Assembly: GCA_965214705.1 (NCBI GenBank)
Contig: CBDCCI010000002.1
Location: 544,001-608,000 of the forward strand
DNA from: Alphaproteobacteria bacterium
Lineage (GTDB): Bacteria > Pseudomonadota > Alphaproteobacteria > UBA828
Direction: 5' to 3'
DNA length: 64,000 bases
In this document: positions 1 through 9,833 of the stretch, piece by piece
How positions within the stretch are numbered: position 1 is the stretch's first letter
Layout of the letters: each line of letters opens with the position of its first letter
Made by a program: the position numbers and the translations under genes
The notes under the pieces: generated by a model
What the model saw: only the letters and a program-made list of their open reading frames with translations
The model's database searches: none
Told to the model about the DNA's origin: nothing

Positions 1-373
1 ATGCCGGGGATCGGCGGCGATGGTGCGCAGGGTCTCGGCGACCGTCTTGAACAGGATGCCGAAGACGACCCTGCGGTTGCCGAAGCCGATGGCGGCGATC
101 TGGGCTGGCAGGGTGAAGACCGCGTGGAAGTAGGGCACCGGCAGGAGCTCGGCGGCGCGTGCCTCGCTCCATCGGTTGGCTGCCAACCCCTGGCAGCTCG
201 GGCAGTGGCGGTTGCGACAGGAATTGTAAAGCGGATGCTCGCGCCCGCAGCCCTCACAGGCGTAGATGTGCCCGCCGAGCACGGCGGTGCGGCGTAAGCG
301 GTACGCAGACCCCATACCGGAATCTGGCTTGACTACGACGGGGATTTCTTGAGGAGCGCCGTGAGCGCGCGAG

Positions 374-2116
374 TCATTTTGCCTCGGGCTGGAAGTTCCA
401 CGGCAGAAGCTCCTGGATGCCCGACTGCGGGTGGCCCTTGGCGATCTTCTCGAGCGTGCTCCGCATCCAGGCGTAGGGCTCGACGCCGTTCATCTTGCAG
501 GTCTCGATCAGCGAGGCGATGCGGGCCCAGGCTTGCGCACCCTCGTCGTTGCCGGCGAAGAGCGCGTTCTTGGCGGTGAGCTTCAGCGGCCGGATTCGGT
601 TTTCCACCAGGTTCGAGTCGATCTCGACACGACCGTCGTGCAGGAACTCCAGCAGCCCGTCCCACTGGTTGGCGATATAGGTCAGCTTCTCGCCGAGACG
701 CGAGCGCGGTGAGACGCGCGAGCGCTGCTCGTCGAGCCAGACACCGAAGGTGTTCACGATCGGCGCCGACTCCTCCCAACGGATCGCGCGGCGCTCCGCC
801 GGCGGCTTGCCCCGGATCTTCTTCTCGATCGCATAGAGCTTCGCGATCCGATTCAGACCGGCCAGCGCGATCGGCGATGCGCTCGAGTCGTATACCTCTT
901 TCAGCTTCCGTCTTACATGCGCCCAACAGAGGGCCCGCGTCACAGGGCCTTCCGCCCGGTCCGGCCGCGCCAGGATGTTGTGGCCCGAGTAGCCGTCGAG
1001 CTGCACCGTCCCCGAAAAGCCCTCCATAAGCTCGGCGCCATACTTGCCGCCGCGGCCGGGCGCATAGCGATAGACGACGCCCGGCGGGTCCGTGCCGCTC
1101 CAGTGGCGCTCGTCACGCACAAGGGTCCACATGTAGCCCGTCTTCGTCTTGCCCCGGCCCGGGTCGAGAACGCGGATCGTGGTCTCGTCCAGACCCAGGT
1201 GATCCGACTTCTTCAGCTCATCCTCCAGGCAAGCGACCACGGGGCGCAGGTGAAACGACGCCTGGCCCACCCACGTCGCCAGCGTCGCACGGTGAACCTC
1301 GATCCCCGAGCGCTCGTAGATCTGCGACTGGCGATAGAGCGGGCAATGATCGCCGTACTTCGCGATCAGCACCTGCGCCAGAAGAGCCTCGGTGGGAAGG
1401 CCGCCCTCGACCAGAGCGGCCGGCGCCGGCGACTGCACCACCCCGCCCCCCTTGCACTTGTTGCAGGCGTAGCGGGGGCGCACGGTCTCGATGACGGTGA
1501 ACTTCGCCGGCTCATAGTCCAGCCGCTCGCTGCGGTCCTCGCCGATCTTCGTCATCTCGCCGCAGCCGCAGGGGCACATGATCGTGTCCGGCTCGATCAC
1601 CTCCTCGCGCCGGTCGACCTGGGGCCCGAAGCGCACCCCGCTGCGCGACCCCCGGGAAGAGCGCCGCCGGCGCTTGCCGCCAGCCCCCTCGTCCTGCTCC
1701 TGGTCATCTGCCTCGGGCCGACCGCCGGCTTCAGCGATCGCCGCCCAAAACTCCTCGAACGTAAGCTGGCGCTCGTCCTCGCCGAGCTTCTCGGAGCGCG
1801 GACCGAACAGCGCCTTCCTGAGCTCCTTGTTGAGATGCTCAAGCCGGCTGATCTGCTCCGCGCTCTGCGCGTTCTCGGCCTCCAGCCGTGCCGCCCGCGC
1901 TTCCGCCGTCTGCCTCGCCGCCTCCGCCGCGCCGCGTGCCTGCTCCGCTTCGCATAGGGCTGCTTCCGTCGCCCGGCGCGCCGCGCGCTCGTCGTCAAGC
2001 TCCGCATGCAGGGCCGCCAGCGCCGCCGAAACCACCGCAGGCGACGGCGAACCGGCGCTGCTGAGGGGTGAGGGCGTGACCTTCGGCATGGGCCACCCCT
2101 TAATCCGATTCGCCAA
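374..2116 (-). CDS. tnpC: IS66 DDE transposase TnpC
   Basis: LFGPRSEK, CPCGC Zn ribbon, LDETT, CWAHVRRK and IDSNLVENRIR motifs; true start may be the downstream MPKV. Confidence 0.95.
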   Translation of the reverse strand: MANRIKGWPMPKVTPSPLSSAGSPSPAVVSAALAALHAELDDERAARRATEAALCEAEQARGAAEAARQTAEARAARLEAENAQSAEQISRLEHLNKELRKALFGPRSEKLGEDERQLTFEEFWAAIAEAGGRPEADDQEQDEGAGGKRRRRSSRGSRSGVRFGPQVDRREEVIEPDTIMCPCGCGEMTKIGEDRSERLDYEPAKFTVIETVRPRYACNKCKGGGVVQSPAPAALVEGGLPTEALLAQVLIAKYGDHCPLYRQSQIYERSGIEVHRATLATWVGQASFHLRPVVACLEDELKKSDHLGLDETTIRVLDPGRGKTKTGYMWTLVRDERHWSGTDPPGVVYRYAPGRGGKYGAELMEGFSGTVQLDGYSGHNILARPDRAEGPVTRALCWAHVRRKLKEVYDSSASPIALAGLNRIAKLYAIEKKIRGKPPAERRAIRWEESAPIVNTFGVWLDEQRSRVSPRSRLGEKLTYIANQWDGLLEFLHDGRVEIDSNLVENRIRPLKLTAKNALFAGNDEGAQAWARIASLIETCKMNGVEPYAWMRSTLEKIAKGHPQSGIQELLPWNFQPEAK

Positions 2117-2182
2117 TGCATGACCAGGGAAAAGTGCAGGCGGGACCGCGACCGAAATCTGCGGCCCCGCCTGCGTGCCGCC

Positions 2183-2533
2183 TCACTCCGCCGCCAGCGG
2201 GCGGCGAACCGGGCGGGCCTTCACCCGGCGCCAGTCCAGACCCTCGAAGAGGGCCTCGAACTGGCCCTTCGTAAGGCGCATCACACCATCCTCGATCCGA
2301 GGCCAGGCGAAGCGGCCCTGCTCCAGACGCTTGTAGGTCATCACCAGACCGCTGCCGTCCCACGCAAGGAGCTTGAGCCTGTCGCCGCGGCGCGAGCGGA
2401 AGATCACGATCACCCCGGAATAGATATCGAGGTCCAGCTCCCCCGCCGCCGTCGCCGCAAGCGCGTCGTGGCCGCGACGAAAATCAACCGGCCGCGTCGC
2501 CAACACGATGCGAAGCGAGGGGGCCGCGATCAT
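2183..2533 (-). CDS. tnpB: IS66 accessory protein TnpB
   Basis: VDFRRGHDAL, DRLKLLAWDGSG, YKRLEQGRFAWP. Confidence 0.95.
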   Translation of the reverse strand: MIAAPSLRIVLATRPVDFRRGHDALAATAAGELDLDIYSGVIVIFRSRRGDRLKLLAWDGSGLVMTYKRLEQGRFAWPRIEDGVMRLTKGQFEALFEGLDWRRVKARPVRRPLAAE

Positions 2534-2985
2534 GACGACGCCCGGCCCAGGCCCGAGGCCACCGCAACAATCCGATCGACCGCGCTCTCCACCGGAAGGC
2601 GAACGACCACGCCTAGCGCCTCGATCGCCACCGTCCGCTCGGACGTCACGCTATCAACCACCACGGGAACAAATGGCGGTGCAGAGCCACCAATCCGAGC
2701 GCCCGGAAGAGTTCCCTCCCGCGCGCGCCGCCGCCACTTGGTCAGGGTCGTATCGCTGACGCCATGGCGGCGCGCGACCGCCGCAACCGAAGAGCCCGGC
2801 TCAAAGCTCTCCGAGACAATCCGCGCCTTCTCATCGTCCGGCCAGCGTCGCATGGGGGCCGGCTCAGACGGAGCCGGGGCGGCTCCCTCAGAAGCTGGGA
2901 TCTCAACCGAAGCAACAGCGACACCGTCGCCAGATGCCAAAATCGAATCTGTCATCGCGATCTCTCCTGTGTGGCTCGTGGTCAA
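2530..2985 (-). CDS. tnpA: IS66 HTH protein TnpA
   Basis: RRWPDDEKARIVSESFEPGSSVAAVARRHGV HTH; ATGA overlap with tnpB. Confidence 0.9.
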   Translation of the reverse strand: MTTSHTGEIAMTDSILASGDGVAVASVEIPASEGAAPAPSEPAPMRRWPDDEKARIVSESFEPGSSVAAVARRHGVSDTTLTKWRRRAREGTLPGARIGGSAPPFVPVVVDSVTSERTVAIEALGVVVRLPVESAVDRIVAVASGLGRASS

Positions 2986-3180
2986 GGCGGAGAGTCAGCC
3001 CCGAAATCAGATCCGCTGGAAGTATGGGGGCCCGATACCGCTTACGGTGCGGCACGCCTCGATCGCAGCCATGACCTTGAGCCGGGCGGCGTCGATGCGC
3101 CCCTTGCAGCGCTCACGGAAAGCGAGGCCGGCGCGGCGGAAGATGTCCGCCACGCCGACGTTCTGGCGATCCACGCCGGA

Positions 3181-4056
3181 TCAGCGGCGAAGCAGCGGAA
3201 AGTCCGAGATGGGGTGATCGAGGCCCTCGAACATCCTGGCGGTGGAGCGCGCGTACTCGCGGGTCGTGTCCGCACGACGATGGCCGAGCATGTCGCGGAT
3301 CACCTCCATGTTGCCGCCCCGCTCATGAAGATGGGTGGCGGCCGAATGACGCAGGCAGTGGAAGGTGTGGCGGCTGTCGACGCCGGCCCGCTCGCGCGCC
3401 TTCTTGAAGGCCACGTGCAGGTCCCCTGTCCGGATGGGCACGTCGGGCGAGGCGCCATAGAAGAGCCAGCTCTCCGGCTCCGGCCAGATGTTCTTGTAGT
3501 AGCCGCGCAGGTAATGGATGACGGCTTCCGGCATCGGTGCCATCCTCTCGGTGCCGCCCTTGCCGGAAGGGATGTGTAGCAGCTTCTGGTCCGACTTGAT
3601 GTCGCCGATCTTGATGGCCACGGTCTCGGAGATGCGAAGCCCGACACCGTAGGCGGTGACGATGGCGGCGCGGTACCGGAGGTCGGGCGTTGCGAGGATG
3701 ATGCGCTCGACCTCCTCCTCCATGTGTCGCGGCAGCTTGCGGGGCTTCTTGCGGGCGCGCAGCCCGGCCACGCGCTCAGGGCATCCCAGGGTCTCGGCAT
3801 AGAAGAACTTCAGGGCGGCGACGGTGACGTTGGTCGTCGCCGGCTTCAGGCCGCGATCGATGCCGGACAGGACCCAGGCGCGCACCTGGTCGGCGTCGAG
3901 GTCGGCCGGCGAGGCCTTGTAGTGCTTGGCAAGCTGCGCGATCTCGCCGATGTAGATGGTCTGCGTGCTCTCGGCGAAGTTGGCGATGCGCATCTGGTCG
4001 ATCATGCGCTGGCGAAGAGGGCTGCCCGTTGTCCCCTCGGCTGTGGTCTCGGTCAT
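3181..4056 (-). CDS. Tyrosine recombinase (phage integrase family)
   Basis: GLRISE, GKG, HCLRH, LGH and EYA catalytic set; ATG at 4056 preceded by GGGAG. Confidence 0.92.
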   Translation of the reverse strand: MTETTAEGTTGSPLRQRMIDQMRIANFAESTQTIYIGEIAQLAKHYKASPADLDADQVRAWVLSGIDRGLKPATTNVTVAALKFFYAETLGCPERVAGLRARKKPRKLPRHMEEEVERIILATPDLRYRAAIVTAYGVGLRISETVAIKIGDIKSDQKLLHIPSGKGGTERMAPMPEAVIHYLRGYYKNIWPEPESWLFYGASPDVPIRTGDLHVAFKKARERAGVDSRHTFHCLRHSAATHLHERGGNMEVIRDMLGHRRADTTREYARSTARMFEGLDHPISDFPLLRR

Positions 4057-4288
4057 CGTCGATCTCCCGTGATCGCGACGGCGAGCCGCCGGACCGTTCC
4101 GACGACGGACCGTCTCGGGGATCGATGCTAACCACTGGTGATCGGGAACATGCCGGCCACTCGCCCGACCGGCGCTGCGCCAATGGACGCAATCTGAAGC
4201 GCGCGCGACACCTGCCAGCAGCGCACCCCGCACATCGAGGAAATGAACGAACGCTAGGCCGCCAACTCCGCGTAGCGGCTTCGTTCAA

Positions 4289-4502
4289 CTCCACATGGAT
4301 CCCGCGCCCGGCGCTCGCCTCCGTTCGAGAAAACCTCCGCCAGTCCCTCGATCGCCTGGCGCCTCCAGGCGCCGACTTGGTTCGGATGCACCTGGTGACG
4401 CGAGGCGATCTCTTGGAGCGTCCGATCCCCCCCAAGCGCCTCAAGCGCGATCTTCGCCTTCTGCTCCCCCGAAAACCTGCGTCGCTTGCCGCTGATCTGC
4501 AT
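4289..4502 (-). pseudogene. IS3-family OrfA, truncated by the YR + IS91-like element
   Basis: RRRFSGEQKAKIALEAL...IASRHQVHPNQVGAWRRQ HTH; GGAGGA SD; homology stops at the element end at 4288. Confidence 0.8.
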
Positions 4503-4654
4503 TCCTCCGTCAGACGGTGGAATACACCTTAACGCGTACCTCCGGTGCTATGACACTGATATAGCGTTGTTTTTTCTCTCTCGCAAAGGAGGATCGGAGC
4601 GGTTTTCAGAGCCGTTTCCGCCCCGGCTGCAACCGTCCAGGGGAGGAAAAGTAC

Positions 4655-5506
4655 ATGCCCACCGTCAAGCTCGACCAGCGCCGGGTCGATGCCCTGATAC
4701 CCCGCAAGTGCGCCTACGACGTGCGCGACAGGGACCTCAAAGGCTTCGGCCTGCGGGTCTGGCCGTCGGGAAAGAAGCGCTACTTCGTCCACAGCCAATA
4801 CGAGGGCCGGCGCGTCTGGAAGACCGTCGCCAGCGCCGAGAGCGCGAGCGCTGGCGAAGCCCGCGCGCGGGCATCCACGATGCTCGCCGCGATCCGGCTA
4901 GGCGGCGACGCGCGCCCGTCGCACGAGGAAGCCGTGTTCGAGGCCGTCGCCGACGAGGTCTTCACGCGCTACGCGCGAAACTGGAAGCCCGGAACCCTCA
5001 AGGTCAACCGGAACTACTACCGCAACCACATCCTGCCACGCTTCAAGGGCCGCCCGATCACCGGCATCGACAGCCGCGACGTTCGGCAGTGGTTCGCATC
5101 GCTCCACGCGACGCCCGCTGCAGCGGACCGGTCCGCTCCGATCCTGTCCGTCATCATGCGTCAGGCCGAGATCTACGGCTATCGCCCGGAAGGCAGCAAC
5201 CCGTGCAAGGGCATCAAGCGATACCGGCGCCAAGGGCGCGAACGGTTCCTGTCGGCGGCGGAGATGCGCAGCCTGGCTGCGGCACTCGGCCGCTTCGAGG
5301 CCGACCGTCCACAGCAGGTCGCCATCATCAGGCTGCTGTTGCTGACCGGGTGTCGCGGTAGCGAGGTTCGCACGCTGAAGTGGCGCTACCGGCGCGAGGG
5401 CAAGCTGTTCCTGCCCGATAGCAAGACCGGGCCGCGAACGGTCTGGCTGTCGTCCGCCGCTGGCGCGGTCCTGGACCGCGTACCGCAAACCGCAAGCTGG
5501 ATTTGA
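4655..5506 (+). pseudogene. Tyrosine integrase with arm-binding N-terminus, C-terminally truncated
   Basis: Paralog of 49422..50543 (GFGLRV, LLLTGCR, DSKTGPR); lacks HxxR/H/Y because the element starting at 5503 supplies the TGA. Confidence 0.87.
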
Positions 5507-5733
5507 ACGAAGCCGCTACGCGGAGTTAGCGGCGTAGAGTTCATTCATTTCCGAGGCGTCGCGGGTGCCGTTTGCCCTGTGCGTTCGCTTCCCGGTTGCG
5601 TCAGTGGCGCTCCGCCCGTCGAGTGGCGGATCCCCGGCAGCCTCCCGATCACCAGTGGTTAGCATCGACCCCTGCGACGGACCGTCGCCGGATCGGTCCG
5701 GCGGCGCGCCGTCGCGATCCAGGGAGATCGATA

Positions 5734-6612
5734 ATGACCGGGACCGCGTGCGACACGAACACCGTCACCCCTCTTCGCCAGCGCATGGAGGAGCAGCTCC
5801 GCATCGCCAATCTGGCCGCGAGCACGTCCAAGGCCTACATCTGCGAGATCAAGAACCTGGCCAGGTACTACGACGCCTCGCCGGACGAGCTCGACGCCGA
5901 GCAGGTGCGCCAGTGGTACCTGGGGCGGATCGACAAGGGGCTCAGTCCGGGCACGACCAACGTCTCCTTCGCCGCGCTGAACTTCCTCTACATCGACACA
6001 CTCGGCTGGCCTGACCACGTCGCCGGCCTGCGCTCCCGCAAGAAGCCCGGCAAGCTGCCGCGCTACATGTCGGAGCAGGAGGTCGAGCACCTCATCCTTG
6101 CGACGCCCGACCTCCGCCACCGTGCTGCCATTGTCACCGGCTATGGCGGCGGGCTCCGCATCTCCGAGACCTTGGCCATCAAGGTCGGCGACATCCTGTC
6201 GGAGAAGAAGCTGCTGCACATCCCCTCCGGCAAAGGCGGCACCGAGAGAATGGCACCGTTGCCGGACAGCGTCATCCACTACTTGCGCGCCTACTACAGG
6301 AACATCTGGCCGCGTCCGACGAGCTGGCTCTTCTACGGCGTCTCGCTCGACAGGCCCATCGCAACGGAGACCTTGCAGGCCGCCTTCAGGAGGGCGCGCG
6401 ACATTGCCGAGCTCGACCGCAGCTACACCTTCCATTGCCTGCGCCATTCGGCGGCGACCCATCTCCTCGAGCGCGGCGGCGATATCGAGGTGATCCGGGA
6501 CATGCTCGGCCATCGAAGCGCGAACACGACCCGTCACTACGCCCGCGTCACCGGCAAGATGTTCGAGGGCCTCGACCACCCGATCTCAGGCTTCGCAGCG
6601 TTGCGCAACTGA
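5734..6612 (+). CDS. Tyrosine recombinase
   Basis: GLRISE, GKG, HCLRH, LGH, RHYA; GGGAG SD before the ATG at 5734. Confidence 0.93.
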   Translation: MTGTACDTNTVTPLRQRMEEQLRIANLAASTSKAYICEIKNLARYYDASPDELDAEQVRQWYLGRIDKGLSPGTTNVSFAALNFLYIDTLGWPDHVAGLRSRKKPGKLPRYMSEQEVEHLILATPDLRHRAAIVTGYGGGLRISETLAIKVGDILSEKKLLHIPSGKGGTERMAPLPDSVIHYLRAYYRNIWPRPTSWLFYGVSLDRPIATETLQAAFRRARDIAELDRSYTFHCLRHSAATHLLERGGDIEVIRDMLGHRSANTTRHYARVTGKMFEGLDHPISGFAALRN

Positions 6613-6915
6613 CGGCGCGTGGAGGCCGAACGCGCGGGCGTGGCGGAGATCCTCCGCCGCGCCGGCGCCGCTTTCCGTGAGCGCCACAAAGGGCGCATCG
6701 ACGCCGCCCGGCTCAAGGTCATGGGCGCCATCGAGGCGTGCCGCACCGCCGTGCTCGGCGGCCACATGTACGCCTGCGAGGGCTGCGGGCGCGAGCATCC
6801 GCTCTTCAGATACCATGAGCACGGTGGCATCGAATCGCGTCTGGCAGTTAGAGAAGCTCGGAGAGAAGGCCAGCACCTTCTCTCCGAGCGGAATCGTCAA
6901 CAACGGAGTGGACGG

Positions 6916-8112
6916 ATGTCGGATGGTCCAGACACGACCGCGCTGACAGGCGCAAGTAGTAGCACGATTTATGTCGCGGTGGAGATCAGCCTCAAATCGT
7001 GGATTGTGGGCGTGCATTGCCCGGATGCCTCGGGTGGCAGCATCAGCATCCACACACTGGCTGCTGCCGACACGGCGGGACTGTTGGATCTCGTCGGGTC
7101 GGTGCGGGAACGGGTGGCGAGGGAGCTCGGCGCCCGTCCTCGGGTGATGCTGACCTACGAGGCGGGCTACGAGGGGTTCTGGCTGGCCCGCGATATCGAG
7201 CGCCGTGACGCGGAGATCGATATCTTCATGAACGATCCGGCGAGCCTGCGGGTGAACCGGCGCGCCAAGAAGAAAAAGACCGACCGCATCGACGCGAGGA
7301 GAATGGTTCGGGCTCTGAAGGCATGGGACCAAGGCGATTCGGAGGCCATGTCCTGGGTGCGCGTGCCCGACGTGGACCGGGAGGACGCCAAGCGCCTGCT
7401 GCGCGAGAGGGACACGCTGATCAGCGAGCGTACCCGCGTCAACAACCGGATCAAAGGGCTCTTGCAGTTGCACGGCATCTTCGATCTGGCGCCGCGCAAG
7501 CCGGACTTCCTCGAACGCCTCGCGGCCGCGCGGACGGGCTATGGGGCGCCGTTGCCGCCGCGGGCGCGTGCGGAGATCGAGAGGGCGGTGCGGATGCTTC
7601 GCCTGGTTGAGGACCATATCGAGATGATCGAGGCCGAGAAGAAGGCCCTGCTGAAGGCTGGCCGGAAAACCCAGGACGCGACCGACGGTGACGGGACGGC
7701 GATGATCGCGGCGCTTACGCGCATCCACGGCATCGGCCTCAATGACGCCACACTGCTGGCTGGCGAGGTGTTCTATCGGGACTTCCGCAATCGCCGGGAG
7801 TTGGGCAGCTGGGCCGGGTTGACGTCGGTGCCGTGGGCGAGCGGAGATGTCGACCACGATCTTGGCATCAGCAAGGCCGGCCCCTCGCATGTCAGGAAGC
7901 ACATGATCCAGATGGCCTGGCGCTGGTTGAAACTGCAACCGGAAAGCGCGATCACGAAGTGGTTCCATGCCTACGTCGCCAGGGATGCCGGTGGCGGGAG
8001 GGACCGGCGAGCGAGGAAGCGGGCGATCGTGGGGGTCGCGCGCAAGCTGCTGATCGCGCTGTGGCGCTATGCCACCCAGGGACTGGTGCCCGAGGGCGCC
8101 ATCGTCTCCTGA
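6916..8112 (+). CDS. IS110/IS1111 recombinase (DEDD RuvC-like)
   Basis: IYVAVEIS, YEAG, KTDRIDA, GIG, WAGL...ASG, GISKAG and ARKLLIALW motifs. Confidence 0.92.
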   Translation: MSDGPDTTALTGASSSTIYVAVEISLKSWIVGVHCPDASGGSISIHTLAAADTAGLLDLVGSVRERVARELGARPRVMLTYEAGYEGFWLARDIERRDAEIDIFMNDPASLRVNRRAKKKKTDRIDARRMVRALKAWDQGDSEAMSWVRVPDVDREDAKRLLRERDTLISERTRVNNRIKGLLQLHGIFDLAPRKPDFLERLAAARTGYGAPLPPRARAEIERAVRMLRLVEDHIEMIEAEKKALLKAGRKTQDATDGDGTAMIAALTRIHGIGLNDATLLAGEVFYRDFRNRRELGSWAGLTSVPWASGDVDHDLGISKAGPSHVRKHMIQMAWRWLKLQPESAITKWFHAYVARDAGGGRDRRARKRAIVGVARKLLIALWRYATQGLVPEGAIVS

Positions 8113-8460
8113 GGACAGCAGCCGAACGAACAGGAGAATACAGGAGGTTCCGACGTGGTCGGACGCGGCCGCGGAGGATGCCGGGCAAGGCGTGTGACCG
8201 GGCAAGAGTTGGGTCGCCGCTTGGCACCGTTCTACAGATGGGTCCCGCCTCCCGGAACGTCGTTACCGCTTGGATGCGGTATTGGGGTCACGGAGCCGGC
8301 AAGCGCCGGAGTTCCGAACCGGATAAGAGCTGAGCAGCGTGACGAATCGCTGCGTGGGAAGGACGTTCTGCCTGGCCATCAACCGCGGAAAACGGAAAAA
8401 GACTCGAAGGGGAGAACAGGAATGCCATTGACGTAGATGAAGCCGGGCCTTGCGGAGAGA
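8113..8460 (+). ncRNA. Putative seekRNA/bridge RNA of the IS1111 element
   Basis: Non-coding 3' region. GGCAAGAGTTG (8201-8211) matches the target bottom strand 10/11; CCGTTCTACA (8227-8236) matches the top strand 8/10; a short hairpin lies between them. RNA ends are approximate. Confidence 0.7.
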
Positions 8461-9833
8461 GCTCATAAGAACTCCTGCCGCAACCGCCACTGCCCCACCT
8501 GCCAGGGTCTCGCCGCCAACCTCTGGAGCGAGGAGCGCGCCGGGGACATCCTGCCGGTGCCCTACTTCCATGTGGTCTTCACCCTGCCCAAGGAGGTTGC
8601 CGCCATTGCCTTCTGCAACCGCAGGGTGGTGTTCGACATCCTCTTCCGGGCCGTCGCCGAGACCCTGCGCACCATCGCCGCCGATCCCCGCCACGGCGGC
8701 ATGCGCATCGGCGGCACCGCGGTCCTCCATACCTGGGATCAGAAGCTCCGCTTCCACCCGCACCTGCACGTGGTCGTGCCCAACGCGGGCTTCGACGTAG
8801 ACAGCGGCGAGTGGAAGACGGGGAGCACCACCTTCCTCGCCCCCGTCAAGGTCCTCGGCAGCCTGTTCCGCCGCCTCTTCCTCGAGGAGCTCGCCCGCGC
8901 CCACGGCCGGGGGGACCTGGAGTTCCACGGCACCCTCGCCCCACCTCGCCAATCCCGGCGAGTTCCACGCCACGCTTGCCGCCGCCCGGGCCAGGGACTG
9001 GGTGGTCTACGCCAAGCGGCCCTTCCGCGGGCCTGAGCAGGTCTTCCGGTACCTGTCGCACTACACGCACAGAATCGCCATCTCCGACAGCCGCATCGTC
9101 TCCTTCGACGGCGAGACGGTCTCCTTCCGCCACCGCAAGCCGAAGGCGCCGGGGCAGAGAAAGCCGCGCTACGGCATCGCCACCGTGAGCGCCGACGAGT
9201 TCATCCGCCGCTTCCTGATGCACGTCCTGCCGGACGGCATGCACCGCATCCGCTACTTCGGCATTCTCGCCAACGGCTGTCGCGCCAGCACGCTGGAGAG
9301 AGCACGCCAGACTCTCGGCGCCCTCGGCTGCGCCGTCCCCGAGGAAAGCGTGGGCGGCGCTCGGGCCGAGCCCGACGAAGAGACCGTGATCGACACCGCG
9401 CCCGTGGCCTGCCCCCACTGCGGCGGCGTCATGCGCCTCGTCCGCGAAATCCGCCGCCGCCATCAGCCCCGCTCGACGCGCGGTCCGCCGGCCGTGCCGC
9501 CGACCCACAGGGGGAAACCGTGAGACGCCCGCTCGCTTCGGCCCCGCGCAACGGCGCCAAAGCGCCGACGCACGACCGAACCTGTCTCCGCTTGGGCCGG
9601 GCTGACAGCCCTCGGCTCACACCCCGCTCAGTCCTCGCAGCGTGCGCCCGCATGCCTGCCGAAAGGCCGGCGCGAGCGTCGATCTCATGCGCAACTCTGC
9701 TGCCGGTGGATGCCTGTCAATCGGCTTTCAAAATTGACCCCCTATCGGCGTCCAAAATTGACCCCCCTGAGTGGTAAGCGGTATCGGGCCCCCATACTTC
9801 CAGCGGATCTGATTTCGGGGCTGACTCTCCGCC

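Larger units (their letters stand above)
294..3045 (-). mobile_element. IS66-family element, copy 1 (2752 bp)
   Basis: GTAAGCGGTA...TACCGCTTAC termini; 8-bp duplication GGTGCGGC (286-293 and 3046-3053); tnpA-tnpB-tnpC. Confidence 0.97.
1..3174 (-). pseudogene. IS91-family transposase, N-terminal Zn-binding part, split by IS66
   Basis: Minus strand reads VDRQNVGVADIFRRAG...IEACRT, then after the IS66 ...GGHIYACEGCGREHPLYNSCRNRHCPSCQ; homologous to 54165..55406. Confidence 0.85.
1..4288 (-). mobile_element. Tyrosine recombinase + IS91-like (Y2/HUH) transposase element, divergent variant A; runs off the window's left edge
   Basis: Minus-strand end TTGAACGAAGCCGCTACGCGGAGTT at 4288 is the same as at 5503 and 56522; same two-gene order as the intact copy at 53856-56522. 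Confidence 0.85.
6808..8469 (+). mobile_element. IS110-family element, IS1111 group
   Basis: Boundaries fixed (+/-1 nt) by the uninterrupted copy near 55217; no target duplication; sub-terminal ATGAGC/GCTCAT lie 7 nt and 3 nt from the ends; long 3' non-coding region. Confidence 0.9.
6619..9523 (+). pseudogene. IS91-like transposase interrupted by IS1111, with a frameshift near 8940
   Basis: HPLF|NSCRNRHCP is split at 6808-8469; HPHLH HUH motif; YLSHY; one extra C relative to the intact copy. Confidence 0.9.
5503..9714 (+). mobile_element. YR + IS91-like transposase element, variant B, 3' end lost at the IS21 junction
   Basis: Near-identical to the reverse complement of 53856-56522 up to ...GGTGGATGCC (9714). 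Confidence 0.88.

Noticed and set aside
2183-2533. TnpB as an RNA-guided nuclease
   Set aside because: This is the 116-aa IS66 accessory TnpB, unrelated to IS200/IS605 TnpB.
6619-8112. 497-aa ORF as a natural IS91-IS110 fusion protein
   Set aside because: Chance in-frame read-through across the IS1111 left end; the recombinase has its own ATG at 6916.
8935-8945. Single-base frameshifts (here, near 40250, 45975, 46830 and 57810) as programmed frameshifting
   Set aside because: No slippery heptamer is evident, and intact paralogs lack several of them. Mutation or sequencing error is more likely.
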